Of a stretch of DNA of 64,000 bases, positions 20,897 through 31,023 are shown piece by piece (within the stretch, counting starts at the first letter, position 1; each line of letters begins with the position of its first letter). The notes beneath the pieces are model-generated. The model was not told where the DNA came from. It worked only from the letters and a program-made list of their open reading frames with translations, and did no database searches. This DNA is from Gammaproteobacteria bacterium (GTDB lineage Bacteria; Pseudomonadota; Gammaproteobacteria; Ga0077536): assembly GCA_963662545.2 (NCBI GenBank), contig CAXXLL010000003.1, positions 2,432,001 to 2,496,000 of the forward strand, given 5' to 3'. The translations under genes were made by a program, and so were the position numbers.

Positions 20897-21541
20897 TCAT
20901 TCCACGCTGGCGGCAAAAACACTCAAATCCTGCGGCCCGCCACGCTCAAGCGCCCGTTTATAAGCGTCGCGCGAGCGCAAACCGTCGAGATATTTCTGCA
21001 AGCCGGGGAAACTCTTCAAGCGTCCGCGGCATTCCGAAAATTCAAGTGTCCAGCCGAGGTTAGTGTCCGCCGCCGAGAAGCCCGAGGCCAGCACGAACTC
21101 GCGCCCGTCGAGACTGTCCTGCAGAAACTGGTGATTCTTCGTGATCTCAACGTCGAAAAAACCCATCAGCGTGTCGTTGCCACCACCGGTCCACGCGTAC
21201 AGAAGATCGACGATTAAGCCCGGAAACAAGGTGCCTTCCGAATAGGCCGACCATTGCAGGTATTCGCCGTATTCCGGTGAGTCGGAACTGCGGCTCAGGC
21301 GGCCGCCACCCAGCTTGTTGCAGACGTATTCGGTGATGGCTTCGGATTCAACAATGAGTTTGCCATCGTGCTCGATCGTCGGCGCTTTGCCGAGCGGATG
21401 CACCTGGTTCAGTGAGTCGGGCGAACGTTGTGTTTCGGCATCGCGTTGATGCTTGACGATGTCGTAGGTAATTTCGAGCTCTTCGCACAGGAACAAGATG
21501 CGCTGCGAGCGGGAATTGTTCAAATGATGGACGGTGAGCAT
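20897..21541 (-). CDS. Glutathione S-transferase
   Basis: LNNSRSQRIL, HPLGKAP, ESEAI. Confidence 0.9.
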   Translation of the reverse strand: MLTVHHLNNSRSQRILFLCEELEITYDIVKHQRDAETQRSPDSLNQVHPLGKAPTIEHDGKLIVESEAITEYVCNKLGGGRLSRSSDSPEYGEYLQWSAYSEGTLFPGLIVDLLYAWTGGGNDTLMGFFDVEITKNHQFLQDSLDGREFVLASGFSAADTNLGWTLEFSECRGRLKSFPGLQKYLDGLRSRDAYKRALERGGPQDLSVFAASVE

Positions 21542-21555
21542 GGGTATTTCTCCTT

Positions 21556-21585
21556 AGGTCGAGGTCGAGGTCGAGGTCGAGGTCG
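21556..21585. repeat. (AGGTCG)x5 simple repeat just upstream of the GST RBS
   Basis: Read directly from sequence. Confidence 0.9.
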
Positions 21586-21696
21586 GGGTATGGGCATCAG
21601 CATTGCGCCGACCACATTAGTGTAATTGATTTTCCATGAAGGCCCATCGCACCGTGTGAATCGGAAAGGCAATGGCGGCGGACCGGATTCGCGCAT

Positions 21697-21795
21697 CTGA
21701 AAAAAGTCGATGTATCGCCGCACTGAGCGCGCTGCGTTTTCATTCTGGGTCCAGTGGCCGACCTGACCGATCACGTGCTGCTGCGAGCGCGCGAT
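21697..21795 (-). pseudogene. C-terminal remnant of a meta-cleavage-product alpha/beta hydrolase
   Basis: IARSQQHVIGQVGHWTQNENAAR...DFF resembles the XylF/TodF-type C-terminus. Confidence 0.55.
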
Positions 21796-21932
21796 TAATA
21801 TTTTATCCGTTCACCTGACAACGATAACAAGTGACCAATGAATAACCCCTTCGTGCCCTTCTCCGTTTTCATCGCTATCATTACCTATTCGTTTTATATT
21901 CGCGTGTGAGCAAGCTTGGACAAAGGATCGCA

Positions 21933-23048
21933 ATGCAATTCTTCAATCCAACACCGCTTCAACGAAGAAACATTGGAAAAATCGTCCCGTTCGGATTCAT
22001 CTGGTTTGGTTTTGCACTGATCTATTTGATTCTTGAACGGGGGCTTCTTGGTGATTTGACCGAATATCCCTCGACCGGAAACCCCTATGAATTCGGCAGC
22101 GCATTCGTAGTAACGTCTATCAGCTCATTATTCTTGGGGTGGGTACTTGGTGCCCTTGAGATCTTGGTGATCAACCGGCTTTTCGCCCGTCGGTCATTCG
22201 GTGCCAAGATTGCTATTAAAACCGTGCTGTATCTAATGCTGATCTGCACCTTCATTGTGCTCGTAGCAATGCTCGTGAACGCCGTTGAAATGAGAGTGAT
22301 GCCGCTTGATCCAGATGTCTTACGGTATACCTTCGTCTTCTTCACCGATTTAGCTTTCTGGGCCATCGTTCTTTACGCAGGATCTGTCATCGGTCTGACC
22401 CTGTTCATCTCAGAAGTGAGCGACAACCTTGGACAGGGGGTATTGAAGAATTTCCTGACCGGGAAATATCATCAACCGAGAGAGGAGGAGCGGGTATTTA
22501 TGTTTCTGGATATGAAGTCATCAACAACGATCGCAGAGCAATTAGGCCATGTCCGATATTTCCAAATGCTTAATACATATTACGCGGACATCACGGACGC
22601 CGTATTGCGGACGTTTGGAGAAATCTATCAATATGTCGGCGATGAAATCATTATTTCCTGGAATATGAATAAGGGGTTACGGAATAGCAATTGCCTCCGC
22701 TGCTTTTTTCTCGTCAAGGACATTCTTGCAGCAGAAAAGCTCAAATACGAGGAATCATTCGGACTCGTACCGGAGTTTAAGGCAGGGTTGCACTACGGCA
22801 GAGTGTCTACCGGAGAAATTGGAGTAATCAAAAAAGAGATCATATTTTCGGGCGACGTATTGAACACGACGGCCCGAATACAAAGTGCATGCAAGGTCTA
22901 TGATGTGGAGTTCCTGGTTTCGAATGACCTCCTTTCTTTGCTACAACCGGACGATCTGTATGATTCAACAGAAATCGGTCATTGTGATTTACGTGGAAAG
23001 GATACGAAGATAGCGCTTTCAACCGTTGTGCAACGACGGCCAGCCTGA
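21933..23048 (+). CDS. Membrane-anchored class III adenylate/guanylate cyclase
   Basis: About four TM helices; FLDMKSST, YVGDE, AGLHYG, GDVLNTTARIQ, LRGK. Confidence 0.85.
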   Translation: MQFFNPTPLQRRNIGKIVPFGFIWFGFALIYLILERGLLGDLTEYPSTGNPYEFGSAFVVTSISSLFLGWVLGALEILVINRLFARRSFGAKIAIKTVLYLMLICTFIVLVAMLVNAVEMRVMPLDPDVLRYTFVFFTDLAFWAIVLYAGSVIGLTLFISEVSDNLGQGVLKNFLTGKYHQPREEERVFMFLDMKSSTTIAEQLGHVRYFQMLNTYYADITDAVLRTFGEIYQYVGDEIIISWNMNKGLRNSNCLRCFFLVKDILAAEKLKYEESFGLVPEFKAGLHYGRVSTGEIGVIKKEIIFSGDVLNTTARIQSACKVYDVEFLVSNDLLSLLQPDDLYDSTEIGHCDLRGKDTKIALSTVVQRRPA

Positions 23049-23224
23049 ACTACTCTATCGTTTATATCGCTACTTCTTCATCATGAAACAATGCCTGGCG
23101 CATCATCGCGCCATATTAAAGGTGTCTACTAAACCGAGGCCGGTCTAAAAGCGATCACGACAACTCTAGGCAATTTATACCGGGTCTTCCCGATCGACGC
23201 GGTGAGCGAATTAGAATAAACCCC

Positions 23225-23908
23225 TTACTTCCCCTTCTTTGCGTTTTTACGAAGTGCGGCCGCTCGCCACAAATACCAGCTCGCAACGGTCCGGTAGGGC
23301 CGCCATCGTTCACCGCGATTTTGCACGCGTGCGCGATCCGGCATCGCCGACTGCCGCATGGTATAAGCGTAGCCTTGGCGAATACCCAGATCATCGACCG
23401 GTAGTACGTCCGGGCGGCCCAAGCGGAACATGAGCAACATCTGCGCTGTCCAGCGACCGATGCCACGCACGGCCACGAGACGCTCGATAATGGCCTCGTC
23501 GTCCATGCCTTCCATTTCTTTCAGGGTCGGGATCTCACCAGCGAGTGTTCTACGGGCCAGATCGCGCAGTGCCAGAGTCTTGGCTTGCGAGAGACCGGCT
23601 CCGCGAAGTTTCTCTGCGGAAATACGCAGAATCTGCTTTTCACTGGGCGCACCCACGGTGCGCGGGAACAGCGCGCATACGCGCGCGAAAATCGTGGCCG
23701 CGGCTTTGCCACTCAGCTGCTGATTGACGATCGCCTCGGTCAGCGCGCCAAAGATACTGACAGTGTGCTTGAGTTCCATGCGGCAAGGTCCGACTCTATC
23801 TATCATGCGCGCGAGTGACTTGTCGGCGCGCCGTAGATGCGCAATCGCAGAGTTGGGTTCGACCCTGAATGAGGTCGTATACGATGCGGGTTTACGCGCG
23901 GTAGCCAC
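23225..23908 (-). CDS. alkA: DNA-3-methyladenine glycosylase II (HhH-GPD)
   Basis: QQLSGKAA, VRGIGRWTA, LPVDDLG, WRPYRTVASWYLW. Confidence 0.85.
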   Translation of the reverse strand: MATARKPASYTTSFRVEPNSAIAHLRRADKSLARMIDRVGPCRMELKHTVSIFGALTEAIVNQQLSGKAAATIFARVCALFPRTVGAPSEKQILRISAEKLRGAGLSQAKTLALRDLARRTLAGEIPTLKEMEGMDDEAIIERLVAVRGIGRWTAQMLLMFRLGRPDVLPVDDLGIRQGYAYTMRQSAMPDRARVQNRGERWRPYRTVASWYLWRAAALRKNAKKGK

Positions 23909-24042
23909 TTTCTCTATCCGGTAGTGCCAACTTAAGGTAGAACTTAAAGTATTTGCGGCGAAATGAGCCGGCCCCTACCGCGAATTGATCTGCTTAAAAT
24001 GGAAGTTCGCAATCGGCGCCCCTCTTTTTCTTCTTCTGATTG

Positions 24043-24837
24043 CTAAACCTTTCTTGCCCGGCTCATCAGAAAATCCTGGCGCAGGGCGTTATTGTCAAAG
24101 TAATTCGAGATTAGACTTTCGAATTCCGCGCGGAACCGAGTGAGACGATCGGCGTCATCTGCCAGGGATTCGACCAGACGAGATACCGGGCCCGCGTTTG
24201 CTTCCATGAAAAGGCGTACATGCGCCGGGCTCAGCGCAGGAAACAACAAAGTGCCGCTGTCGAACGCAAGGTCGGTGACGGCATCGCCAAGCCGTTGGCG
24301 CACGATATTCGGATCGCCCCATGCAGTCGGCGGCGGGACGCCTTCTGGGGGCGGCGGTGCGTAGCGGCCAATCAGCTTGAACATCAGCCCGATATAGAAC
24401 TCGGGCGGCCAGGTCGAAAAAGCAATGATGCCGCCCGGCTTCAACACGCGCAGCATCTCGCTTACCGTGATAGCAGGACGCGGGCCGAACATGTGGCCGA
24501 ACTGACTGACGACGTGATCGAAGCTTGCGTCGTCGAACGGAAGGTTCTCGACATCGCCCTCCCGGAACTCGATGGTCACACCGGCCAGAGCAGCATTCTC
24601 CGCGGCGCGACCAAGCAACGCCGGTGTGAGATCAAGACCGGTAACCTCGGCACCGACTCGCGCCATACTCAGAGCGACTACGCCGGTGCCGCAGGCGACG
24701 TCCAACACGCAGTCGCCTTGGTTGACGCCGGCAAACTTGACGAGCATTGGCGCAACGGATCCCGTCATCGTCTCGAAAGGTGCGAACGTCGACCAGCCCT
24801 CACGGGCCGCCTCTTTCATCTTGGCAATGGGATCCAT
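24043..24837 (-). CDS. Class I SAM-dependent methyltransferase
   Basis: VLDVACGTG, LPFDDASFD, RVLKPGG. Confidence 0.9.
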   Translation of the reverse strand: MDPIAKMKEAAREGWSTFAPFETMTGSVAPMLVKFAGVNQGDCVLDVACGTGVVALSMARVGAEVTGLDLTPALLGRAAENAALAGVTIEFREGDVENLPFDDASFDHVVSQFGHMFGPRPAITVSEMLRVLKPGGIIAFSTWPPEFYIGLMFKLIGRYAPPPPEGVPPPTAWGDPNIVRQRLGDAVTDLAFDSGTLLFPALSPAHVRLFMEANAGPVSRLVESLADDADRLTRFRAEFESLISNYFDNNALRQDFLMSRARKV

Positions 24838-25294
24838 TGGGAATTCTCCAAATAAATTGAATTAGGCTTTACACGCGTGTGCGGTGTCCAGGATTTCTGC
24901 GCAAGGTGATGACGATACGTTGGTTACGATACTCACTGGCGTCCGTGCACATTCGGTATCACAATATTGCTGATAAAGAAACCGATGGGTAGAGTCGAAT
25001 CAATCATGCACACGTATTCGAAATGTGATTATACGACTCGCAATTACGACATCCGAATATTCATTTTGGGAGCGCATAAAGTTGCCAGATTGATCACTAT
25101 GGAGCACCAGGTGAATCGGCCTGACCCCTTTATCACTTCTCCGGCCAAGAACGGCCCCAGATGAGCGCGTATGACGACAGTTAATTGAGAATGGAAAGGA
25201 CAAAATTTGGCGGGCGCAGCAGGGAATACCCACGATCCGTTTGACCATAACCACTTGAATGGAACGACTTTCATCGCCTTGGGTTTATGGGTGT

Positions 25295-25331
25295 CCCGAA
25301 ATTCCCCCGAAATTCCCCCGAAATTTCCCCC
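25295..25331. repeat. About 3 tandem copies of CCCGAAATTCC
   Basis: Read directly; intergenic. Confidence 0.8.
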
Positions 25332-25540
25332 GTGGGATTGCTACCTTGTACGATGACGGTCGCGAACGAGCGGACCGGGCGAATTTCCCTGACTCGCGTC
25401 CCGCTGGGCACGGCTCACTAGATATAGAATGAAAATATAAGAAATATGGTCAGATATTATTCGTTACCGTAGCTGAATATCGTTACACTCGGCCATTCGA
25501 ATCCTGTCGGCCCAATCCCAATCCCAATCCGGAGGAATCC

Positions 25541-26767
25541 ATGGCGTTACCCAAAGTCATCGTGCAACTCTATCCCATGATTCCCGCGGGCGGCGAGGAA
25601 GGCCGCAAGGCCAAAAGGCCGGTCGGGGCCGACAACGAAGCCTACCACCGGATCATTCACGAATGGACGGATATCGCCAAGGAAGCGGACGCCATGGGGG
25701 TGTGGGGATTGTCGACCATCGAGCATCACCTGCATTCCGAGGGCTACGAAGTAGGCCCCAATCCCGGCGTACTAAACGCCTACTGGGCCGCGCACGTCAA
25801 GAATGCCCACGTCGGCGCGCTCGGCTACGTCGCCGCGACACAGGATCCGATCCGGATCGCCGAGGAAACAGCGATCCTCGACCACCTCACCAACGGCAAG
25901 TACTTCGTTGGATTCGCGCGCGGTTACCAGTCGCGCTGGACGAACATTCTCGGGCAATTCACCGGTACGCCGGCGACGGTCTCCGATGGCAGTAAAGAAG
26001 ACGACTTGAACCGCGAGATCTTCGAAGAACGGGTCGAGATGGTGCTCGAATGCTGGCAGACCGAATCGACCATCCTGAACGGCAAGTACTACCAGGCGCC
26101 CTATCCGCTCGAGACCGGCGTTCAGAACTACCCCGCGGCCGCCATCGCGCGCGAAGCGGGACTCCCGGGCGAGATCGACGAAAATGACAGCGTCCGCAAG
26201 ATCTGCGTACTGCCCAAGCCATACCAGAAACCCTATCCACCCGTCTTCGTAGCGGCCAGCAAAAGCCGAGCATCGATAGAATTCTGCGCGAAGCATGGTT
26301 TTCGCCCGGTTTACTTCATGCCGAATCAGGGCATGTTCGACCTGTCGAAAGTCTACGTCGAAGAGGCCGCCAGGCACGGCCACGATTTCGCCCTCGGCGA
26401 GCGCCAGGCGCTGGTCCGCTGGCCGCATATCACCAAGACCCAGGAGGAATTCGACCGCAAACTGCGTCTCTATGACCTCGACGTCTACAAGAATTTCTAC
26501 GGACCGTTCTTTCCGCAGTTCCCACAGGGCGACGAGAGCACCATGATTCAGAGCATGAAGGATTCGGGGATCTTCATCGGCGGCACCATCGAGGAGTCCA
26601 TCCGCCAGTGGCGGGTGATCTACGACGAAGTGCCGGTCGAATACATCACCCTGATCTGGCATTGGGCGGAACAGCCCAAAGATGACATGCTTGAAGAGAT
26701 GCGGCTGTTCATGGAAAAGGTGCTTCCCGAACTCGAATTTCCGGATTATTCGAGGAAAGCCGCTTGA
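25541..26767 (+). CDS. Luciferase-like (LLM) flavin-dependent oxidoreductase
   Basis: EHHLHSEG, DPIRIAEETAILDHL, ARGYQ, PYQKPYPP; GGAGG RBS. Confidence 0.85.
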   Translation: MALPKVIVQLYPMIPAGGEEGRKAKRPVGADNEAYHRIIHEWTDIAKEADAMGVWGLSTIEHHLHSEGYEVGPNPGVLNAYWAAHVKNAHVGALGYVAATQDPIRIAEETAILDHLTNGKYFVGFARGYQSRWTNILGQFTGTPATVSDGSKEDDLNREIFEERVEMVLECWQTESTILNGKYYQAPYPLETGVQNYPAAAIAREAGLPGEIDENDSVRKICVLPKPYQKPYPPVFVAASKSRASIEFCAKHGFRPVYFMPNQGMFDLSKVYVEEAARHGHDFALGERQALVRWPHITKTQEEFDRKLRLYDLDVYKNFYGPFFPQFPQGDESTMIQSMKDSGIFIGGTIEESIRQWRVIYDEVPVEYITLIWHWAEQPKDDMLEEMRLFMEKVLPELEFPDYSRKAA

Positions 26768-26866
26768 GTTGATGCCCTGATCGCACGCGCCAACGAGTTC
26801 CGACCGTCTTTTCCTCGTAACCCGCTTGCGGACGAGCCCCGTCCTCTCGAACATTATTGAACCTAA

Positions 26867-27027
26867 GGAATCTCTGAATAAGTCATGGCACATCTGCCTT
26901 GACCATGAAATGGCGGAGCCGTACGTTACTAACCTTGCCCATAGTCCCCGCTATGGCCTGCGTTCGTGCCTTGACCTGCACCATTGCATGAACCATTCAG
27001 ACGTTCCATGGCTTATTCAGAGGTTCC
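26867..27027. mobile_element. 161-bp MITE with IS5-family-like ends
   Basis: Terminal IRs GGAATCTCTGAATAAGTCATGG / CCATGGCTTATTCAGAGGTTCC, with a CTAA direct repeat on both sides. Confidence 0.8.
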
Positions 27028-27085
27028 CTAATCAAACGCTATAGCGTTTCCGCACCTCCCCCGACGATGGTTCACGGAGCGCACC

Positions 27086-28117
27086 ATGCCGAATAACCCT
27101 ATCGAACAATTCACCGTTAGTAAGGACGACTTCCGCTTCGTCGGCGAACGGCTGCAACGCCCCGAATGCATCCTCGCCGAAAAGGACGGTACTCTGTGGT
27201 CAGCGGACGCCCGCGGCGGCGTCGTCAGGATCGATGCCGACGGGACGCAAACCATCATTACACAATCCCATGCGGCCGACGCCTTCAGTTCCAGTAAAGA
27301 CGAGGCCCAGAAATTCGTTGCGGGCACTTTGCCTAACGGTCTCGCGTTCGCCGATAACGGTGACATCTGGATTTCGAACTTCGGTACCGACTGCCTCGAG
27401 CGTATGAAGCGTACGGGCGAGACGGAGGTAATCCTCGATAGTGTTGACGGGGAACCCATCGGCAAGGTCAACTTCATCGCCCGCGATACGCGGAACCGGA
27501 TCTGGATCACAATCTCGACCATGTTTTCCGATTGGCCGAAGGCGCTTTGCAAAAACGTCGTCGACGGGCGCGTGCTGTTGTTCGAGGAAAGCAAGGGCGT
27601 TCGCATCGTTGCGGACAACCTGCATTTCACCAACGAGTGCAAGCTCGATGCCCGAGAGGAGCATCTCTATGTCGTGCAGACCTGCGGCCGCAACGTCGTG
27701 CGCTACCGGATTGGGTCAAACGGAGATTTATCGGGCCGGGAAGTCTTTGGTCCAGAAGACCACGGCCGTTTCATCGACGGAATCGCCTTCGACAGCTACG
27801 GCAACTTGTGGGGCACGTACATCATGAACGACGGGATCTTCGCCATCACGCCGGAAGGCGAGCGGAAAACGATCTTTGATGATTCGACACCGGAGGAAGT
27901 CGCGAAGATCGATCGTGCGTTCCAGACGGGCGATCCGCTCGACATCGAGATGCTGATGGAGTGCGGCGGCACGGTCGCGCCCTGGTGTGCTTCGGTCACC
28001 TTCGGTGGGGCGGATTTGAAGACCGTGTACGTCGGCAGCCTGCGCGGAACGACGATTCCGTATTGTTCCTCACCTGTCGCAGGGCTGCCAATGGTGCACT
28101 GGGACGCGACGTTCTGA
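27086..28117 (+). CDS. SMP-30/gluconolactonase family protein
   Basis: RPEC, PNG, FTNE, DGIAFDSYGNLW, SVTFGGADLKTVYVGSL. Confidence 0.85.
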   Translation: MPNNPIEQFTVSKDDFRFVGERLQRPECILAEKDGTLWSADARGGVVRIDADGTQTIITQSHAADAFSSSKDEAQKFVAGTLPNGLAFADNGDIWISNFGTDCLERMKRTGETEVILDSVDGEPIGKVNFIARDTRNRIWITISTMFSDWPKALCKNVVDGRVLLFEESKGVRIVADNLHFTNECKLDAREEHLYVVQTCGRNVVRYRIGSNGDLSGREVFGPEDHGRFIDGIAFDSYGNLWGTYIMNDGIFAITPEGERKTIFDDSTPEEVAKIDRAFQTGDPLDIEMLMECGGTVAPWCASVTFGGADLKTVYVGSLRGTTIPYCSSPVAGLPMVHWDATF

Positions 28118-28241
28118 ATTCCGTAAAAAATGAGGGAGGGATTAAAGGAGCCTCTGTAAAAGAGGACGTAGATCATTTGACTCACATACGCGGGGAAGCG
28201 ACCATGCTTTCCTATTAGCAATATGATTTAACGAGGTAGCA

Positions 28242-28508
28242 ATGGCTGGTGGCTGGGCAAAAGACGGGGCTGTTCAGGATCAAATTGACGCCAGCGTTGA
28301 AGACGCCGTTAGACGAGCTCGGGGCCAGATAGCGCACGGCGAAAGCGTGGCTGAATGTGAAGAGTGTGGGGCGACCATTCCGGAAGCGCGTCGCCAGGCT
28401 GTTCCTGGTGTGCGCCGGTGCGTGCCCTGCCAAGAGGCGGAAGACTCGGAGCAACGGCACATAGGTCCGATCAACCGGCGCGGGAGTAAAGACAGCCAGT
28501 TAAGATGA
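28242..28508 (+). CDS. DksA/TraR family C4 zinc-finger protein (YbiI-like)
   Basis: MAGGWAKDGAVQ, CEECG...IPEARR..PGVRRCVPCQ, NRRGSKDSQLR. Confidence 0.9.
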   Translation: MAGGWAKDGAVQDQIDASVEDAVRRARGQIAHGESVAECEECGATIPEARRQAVPGVRRCVPCQEAEDSEQRHIGPINRRGSKDSQLR

Positions 28509-28639
28509 GACGGTGGTGGACTGGTCCGTTTATTTCTGGAAAGTTAATCCGTGCGTTGCGGGCGCCGCACGTTCCGCATCACTCATGCCAACACGGATCC
28601 GCAAACAACCCTAAAAAACCCGCCGGCAGAAAAAGGGGC

Positions 28640-28703
28640 AGAAAAAGGTGACGGAGGGATTAATCTTTAATTCCTCCGTCACCTTTTTCTCCGTCACCTT
28701 TTT
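28640..28703. repeat. REP-like palindrome, copy 1 (plus an extra half arm)
   Basis: AAGGTGACGGAGGGATTAA-tct-TTAATTCCTCCGTCACCTT. Confidence 0.85.
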
Positions 28704-28797
28704 CTGCACGGGAATTTCGACCAAAAAGATTCATACGCACTATGGCGTAAGGTCGAAATCTGATTCCATATAAAGCTGACGCCTTAGGAATCCTAAA

Positions 28798-29199
28798 ATG
28801 AAAGCCATAAAAATAATCGCGATTATGTTGCTCGTTTATATGGGAATAGTCGCAGCGTTCGAGTCATTGCTCGGGTATTTCCAGCCCACGAGTCAGAGTA
28901 CGCTAATCATCACCACCACAGATGAGGATGGGACCACAAAAGATCGCGTCTTAGCTCGCCTTGAAAGCAATGGCCGGCTTTACGTAGCAGCCAACCACTG
29001 GCCTCGAGCCTGGTATAACCAGGCGTTAGAGAATCCGAATGTGCAAGTCGCTTTGGATGGTGAGAAAGGCGCCTACCTGGCAGTACCTGTCACTAGTGAG
29101 GAGCACGATCGCGTAGATGACGAATACAGCCTTGGTTTGGGATTTCGAATTTTAACTGGGTTTCCTCCGAGATACTTTGTTCGGCTAGATCCCAAATAG
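28798..29199 (+). CDS. Split-barrel nitroreductase/quinone reductase-like protein
   Basis: N-terminal TM segment; LIITTT, RAWYNQALENPNV, FVRLDP. Confidence 0.55.
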   Translation: MKAIKIIAIMLLVYMGIVAAFESLLGYFQPTSQSTLIITTTDEDGTTKDRVLARLESNGRLYVAANHWPRAWYNQALENPNVQVALDGEKGAYLAVPVTSEEHDRVDDEYSLGLGFRILTGFPPRYFVRLDPK

Positions 29200-29357
29200 G
29201 GGCCTTTGACAGCGGAGAGAAGTGTCGCCCATGAAACGCCGTCAGGCTTTGTATGTAGCTAAGCTACTACTCACCAAACGGCGAATGTCTCTTGATGCCC
29301 GGGAGTCGGACTCGGCCCCGTGGTGAGCCACTAGGCGAGACCGAGCTAAAAAACAAT

Positions 29358-29408
29358 GGTAAAAGGTGACGGAGGGATTAATCTTTAATCCCTCCGTCAC
29401 CTTTTACC
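29358..29408. repeat. REP-like palindrome, copy 2
   Basis: Perfect inverted repeat with the same core as copy 1. Confidence 0.85.
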
Positions 29409-29449
29409 TTTCCTTTTACCTTTTTCTCTTATGGAACAGGGAATGAGTA

Positions 29450-29815
29450 ATGCTCGAAGAAGAAGCCCAAATCGAATGCATCAGTGCCGTCACTATGTAC
29501 ACGGCTGATATGGCGCGTGCCGTCCGCTTTTACCAGGCGATGGGATTTCAATTGCGATACGGAGGTGAGGACGCTCGTTTCACCAGCTTTCATGTGGGTT
29601 CAGGATATTTAAATCTGATGGCCGGCGGCCCGCCTAAGGCTCATTGGGGGCGGGTTATTCTCTATGTCTCTGATGTGGAAGCCATGTACCAACGGGCGAT
29701 AGCCGCAGGATTTGAGTCGGAAGGGTCACCTGCGGATGCGCCTTGGGGAGAGCGTTATTTTCACCTGCGAGATCCCGACGGTAACGAGCTGAGCTTTGCT
29801 CGGCCGATCGTCTAG
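29450..29815 (+). CDS. VOC/glyoxalase family protein
   Basis: DMARAVRFY, DAPWGERYF..RDPDGNELSF. Confidence 0.9.
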   Translation: MLEEEAQIECISAVTMYTADMARAVRFYQAMGFQLRYGGEDARFTSFHVGSGYLNLMAGGPPKAHWGRVILYVSDVEAMYQRAIAAGFESEGSPADAPWGERYFHLRDPDGNELSFARPIV

Positions 29816-30504
29816 CTGGAGCTACCAGTAACGCTAGAGTCGTCACTAAAAGACCAAACTTGCCGCCCTCGCACGGCTTTTCTGTGCAGTGATCTACTCT
29901 GAATTGAGAGGCCAGGAGGACCATAAGCATGGAGAGGCTTGTGACAGAGGCTACCTCCTCTGATTTGAAGGCGACGGTTGAGAGTCTGCACAAATGCGTG
30001 GCCGCATTCGTTTACGACATCGCCGTAATCGTCTCAGCGTCAGAACCTATAGCGAAGTGATGTTTCTTATTGATTGCCTGCCGCCCTGCAGGCGCGGTAG
30101 TGGACTTTGTCGTATGCGGGCATAGTTAGATCTCCGCGCAGACTTTTTAGTCTTACCCTTTACAGATCCTTATTCACTTGGTCCATTTTTTTTTGCCAGA
30201 TCTGGTTTGTGACGACCGTCACAGATAACGACGGCCGCTGTGCGCTGTATCACAAACATTATTTCGAATCGTAAAGTCGAAATCATTTGCGGACGATCTC
30301 CCGTCAGGCTTATGACTCGGTCGACACGATCACGGAATACCAACATGCAACGATCGCGACAGCTATAGACGGATCGAGTCCATACGATCGCATCGCTCGT
30401 GTTTACCGCGAAGCGGGTTGGGTAATGAGGTAGTCAATATTTCGCTAGGTGCGTAGCCGTTGATAGACCATCGGCTATTGGTCCTCGAGGTGAGGTGAGG
30501 TGAG

Positions 30505-30768
30505 ATGGATTTAGATACTACACAGCAGCTTTATTGCGGCTATGACAACGAAGACGGGCTGTCGTTGAGCGGCTGCATTTTTTGGGCGGCTCAACATCTT
30601 CGATTGGTGTCGTCGGATGAGACCGGATTCCGTTGGAGTAACGCAGAAATCTGCGATTTGGCTGATAGGGTAAGGGTCAGCATTGAATACGATCCGGGCG
30701 TTCTTGATGATCTACCGCAGAACGTGAAGGATACATTGTTAAACGGTTTGAATATCTCGCTCGCCTGA
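30505..30768 (+). CDS. Hypothetical protein
   Basis: 87-aa ORF preceded by GAGGT x3. Confidence 0.4.
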   Translation: MDLDTTQQLYCGYDNEDGLSLSGCIFWAAQHLRLVSSDETGFRWSNAEICDLADRVRVSIEYDPGVLDDLPQNVKDTLLNGLNISLA

Positions 30769-30795
30769 TCTCAGGTGCAGCTCTCATCTAACTCA

Positions 30796-30854
30796 TCTCT
30801 CCGCCAATTAAATAGGCCCGCGAAAGCGGGCCTATTTAATTGGCGGAGAGAGAG
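30796..30854 (-). other. att site: tRNA-Ser-like 3' fragment within a 26-bp perfect hairpin
   Basis: Minus strand CTCTCTCTCCGCCA (30841-30854); stem 30796-30821/30826-30851 with GAAA loop; 170 bp upstream of the integrase. Confidence 0.7.
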
Positions 30855-31023
30855 TCCGCTATAATATAGTTCTACCAAGTCCAGAGTAGTCCATAAGATT
30901 CGAATATTCATGTACTTGTTATCCTATACTATCCAGAGCCAACTGCTATAATCCATACATATCGGGGGACCGTTTGGGGGACTTACCCAATGGAGCTCCA
31001 CCGACAAGAACAGGATTTATGGC

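Noticed and set aside
25295-29408. CRISPR array
   Set aside because: Repeats lack regular unique spacers and there are no cas genes
28242-30768. Integron cassette array (small co-oriented ORFs near an integrase)
   Set aside because: No attC-type RYYYAAC...GTTRRRY structures seen; the integrase is P4-type, not IntI
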